DNA of 64,000 nt, taken from assembly GCA_963792175.1 (NCBI GenBank), contig CAWBVG010000053.1, positions 65,013 to 129,012 of the forward strand, in the 5' to 3' direction. Origin of the DNA: an uncultured Acidobacteriota bacterium (GTDB lineage Bacteria > Acidobacteriota > Vicinamibacteria > Vicinamibacterales > CAVVIG01). Positions 62,484 to 64,000 of this stretch are shown one piece after another. The translations under genes and the position numbers were made by a program. Each line of letters opens with the position of its first letter. Positions within the stretch are counted from its first letter, which is position 1. The notes below the pieces were generated by a model. That model had not been told where the DNA came from and searched no databases. It worked only from the letters and a program-made list of their open reading frames with translations.

Positions 62484-64000
62484 TTACTTGCCCCGCAACG
62501 TCGCGACCGGGCCGTCTACGCCATTCGGCAACTGATCGTTCGCGAACTGATCGTCGTCTTTCAGCGACTTCTTCAGGCGAAGCAGCTCGGTCTTCAGCTC
62601 CGCCGTCACCGCCTCGTGGCCCGGCAGACCGTAGAGGTTGTGGAGCTCGTGCGGATCGTTCACGAGGTCGAACAGCTCCCACTGATCCTTCTTCCAGAAG
62701 TAGATCAACTTGTGCGTCGCGGTGCGGACGCCGTAGTGCGCGCGCGTGTTGTGATCGCCCGGGTCGTGGTAGTAGCGGTAGTACATCGACGTCCGCCAGT
62801 CGGCGGGGGTTCGGCCGCGGAGGATCGGCAGCAGGCTGCGTCCCTGCATGTCCGCCGGTACCGGCACTCCGGCGGCCTCGAGGAACGTCGGCGCGAAGTC
62901 GATATTCAGGGCGAGCGCGCGGCTCCGCGTGCCGGGTTTGATGCGCGGCGGGCCAGCGCGCGAGAAACGGCATCCGCAGCGCTTCTTCGTACATGAAGCG
63001 CTTGTCGAAGAGGCCGTGATCGCCGAGGAAGAAGCCCTGGTCGCTGGTGTAGATGACGATGGTGTTCCGCGAGAGCCCCGACTCGTCGAGGAAGGCGAGC
63101 AGCCGTCCGATGTTGTCGTCGAGCGACTGCACGGTCGCGAGATAGTCCTGCATGTAGCGCTGATACTTCCAGCGCGCCAGCGCCTCGCCTGTCAGCGTCA
63201 CCGTCTCGCTGCCACGGCGAATCGTGACGGACGCCGGCTTCGTGGTCAGCCAGGTGGTCAGTGCCGGGCCGGTCAGGTCCGGCGGCGGCGGCAGCTTGAG
63301 GTCGCGGTTGTTCAGATCGGCGGCCACGCGCTGCTGGTTTTCGTGCAGCGCGTCCGTCCGGGTGTCGTAGGCGTCCCAGAACGTGTCCGGCTCGGGGATC
63401 CAGCGATTGGCGAATGCCGCGCGATGCGCCTCGTCGGGCTCCCACGGCCGGTGCGGCGCCTTGTGATGCGACATCAGGAAGAACGGCTTGTTCCTCGGCC
63501 GGCTGCGAATGAACTCGATGGACAGGTCCGTGATGACGTCGGTGGCATATCGGCCGGTGTAGGTTTTCTCCCCCGTGGCCGTGTAGAGGATCGGATTCTG
63601 ATAGGCGCCCTGCCCCGGCAGGATCTCCCACCGATCGAACCCGACCGGATCGCTGCCGAGATGCCATTTGCCGATCATGCCGGTGTAGTAGCCGCCCTGC
63701 TGGAGCAGGCTCGCCACGGTGCGCCGGGAGCTGTCGAACCGGTTGAACACCGGCACGCCATTGAGGTGCGAGTACTGACTCGTGAGAATCGCGGCGCGGC
63801 TCGGCGTGCAGATCGAGTTGGTCGCCATCACCTGCTCGAGGAGCGCGCCTTCCCGGGCCAGCCGGTCGATGTTCGGCGTGCGGTTCACGCGCGATCCGTA
63901 CGCGCCGATCGCATGCGCCGCGTGGTCGTCCGACATGATGAAGACGATGTTCGGGCGATCGGCGGCCACCGCCGGCGCCGTGAGGGCCGCAAAAAGACCG
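62484..64000 (-). pseudogene. Cys-type sulfatase, 5' end beyond the window, one frameshift
   Basis: IVFIMSDDH and SICTPSRAAILT (CxPxR). ORFs 62236..63969 and 62484..62867 join near 62943. Confidence 0.85.

Noticed and set aside
1-64000. Programmed ribosomal frameshifting or an alternative genetic code as an explanation for the frame breaks
   Set aside because: There are far too many breaks, in both directions, with no recurring slippery heptamer. Intact genes use the standard code and standard stops.

Overview
High-GC bacterial chromosomal segment (third codon positions are almost always G/C). The gene content resembles soil Acidobacteriota-type bacteria, but that is inference only. I read about 50 protein-coding loci and recognised no rRNA, tRNA, CRISPR array, transposase or integrase. 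Signalling genes: a REC-PilZ regulator, an AraC regulator, an ECF sigma factor with a YciI partner, and a GAF histidine kinase with a receiver. Repair genes: a stand-alone LigD-type polymerase and a LigC-like ligase. The dominant theme is periplasmic sugar oxidation and uptake: a TonB-dependent receptor, three PQQ propellers, three ThuA-like genes (one fused to a dihaem cytochrome c), Tat-exported Gfo/Idh/MocA oxidoreductases, TIM-barrel sugar isomerases, DUF1080, xylB-xylA, and a sulfatase/FGE/amidase group. Two things are not explained by ordinary annotation. (1) Roughly 30 of the 50 genes can only be read by hopping between frames. My manual count is about 70-80 single-base frame breaks, dense in some blocks and absent from others. 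The translated pieces stay well conserved, so I treat the breaks as probable consensus/assembly indels; the label pseudogene is used only in the literal sense, and all frameshift positions are approximate. (2) Most intergenic spacers carry an unusual element type: hairpins or half-hairpins whose arms are tandem 7-9 nt words. The words differ between loci (GGGGCTA, TCAAGTCTCA, GATCAGGAG, CACGAAG, GGGTTCTA, GGTGAATT, GGGGACT). I do not recognise this as a named family. All family names come from motifs read in the translations and from memory, not from database searches.
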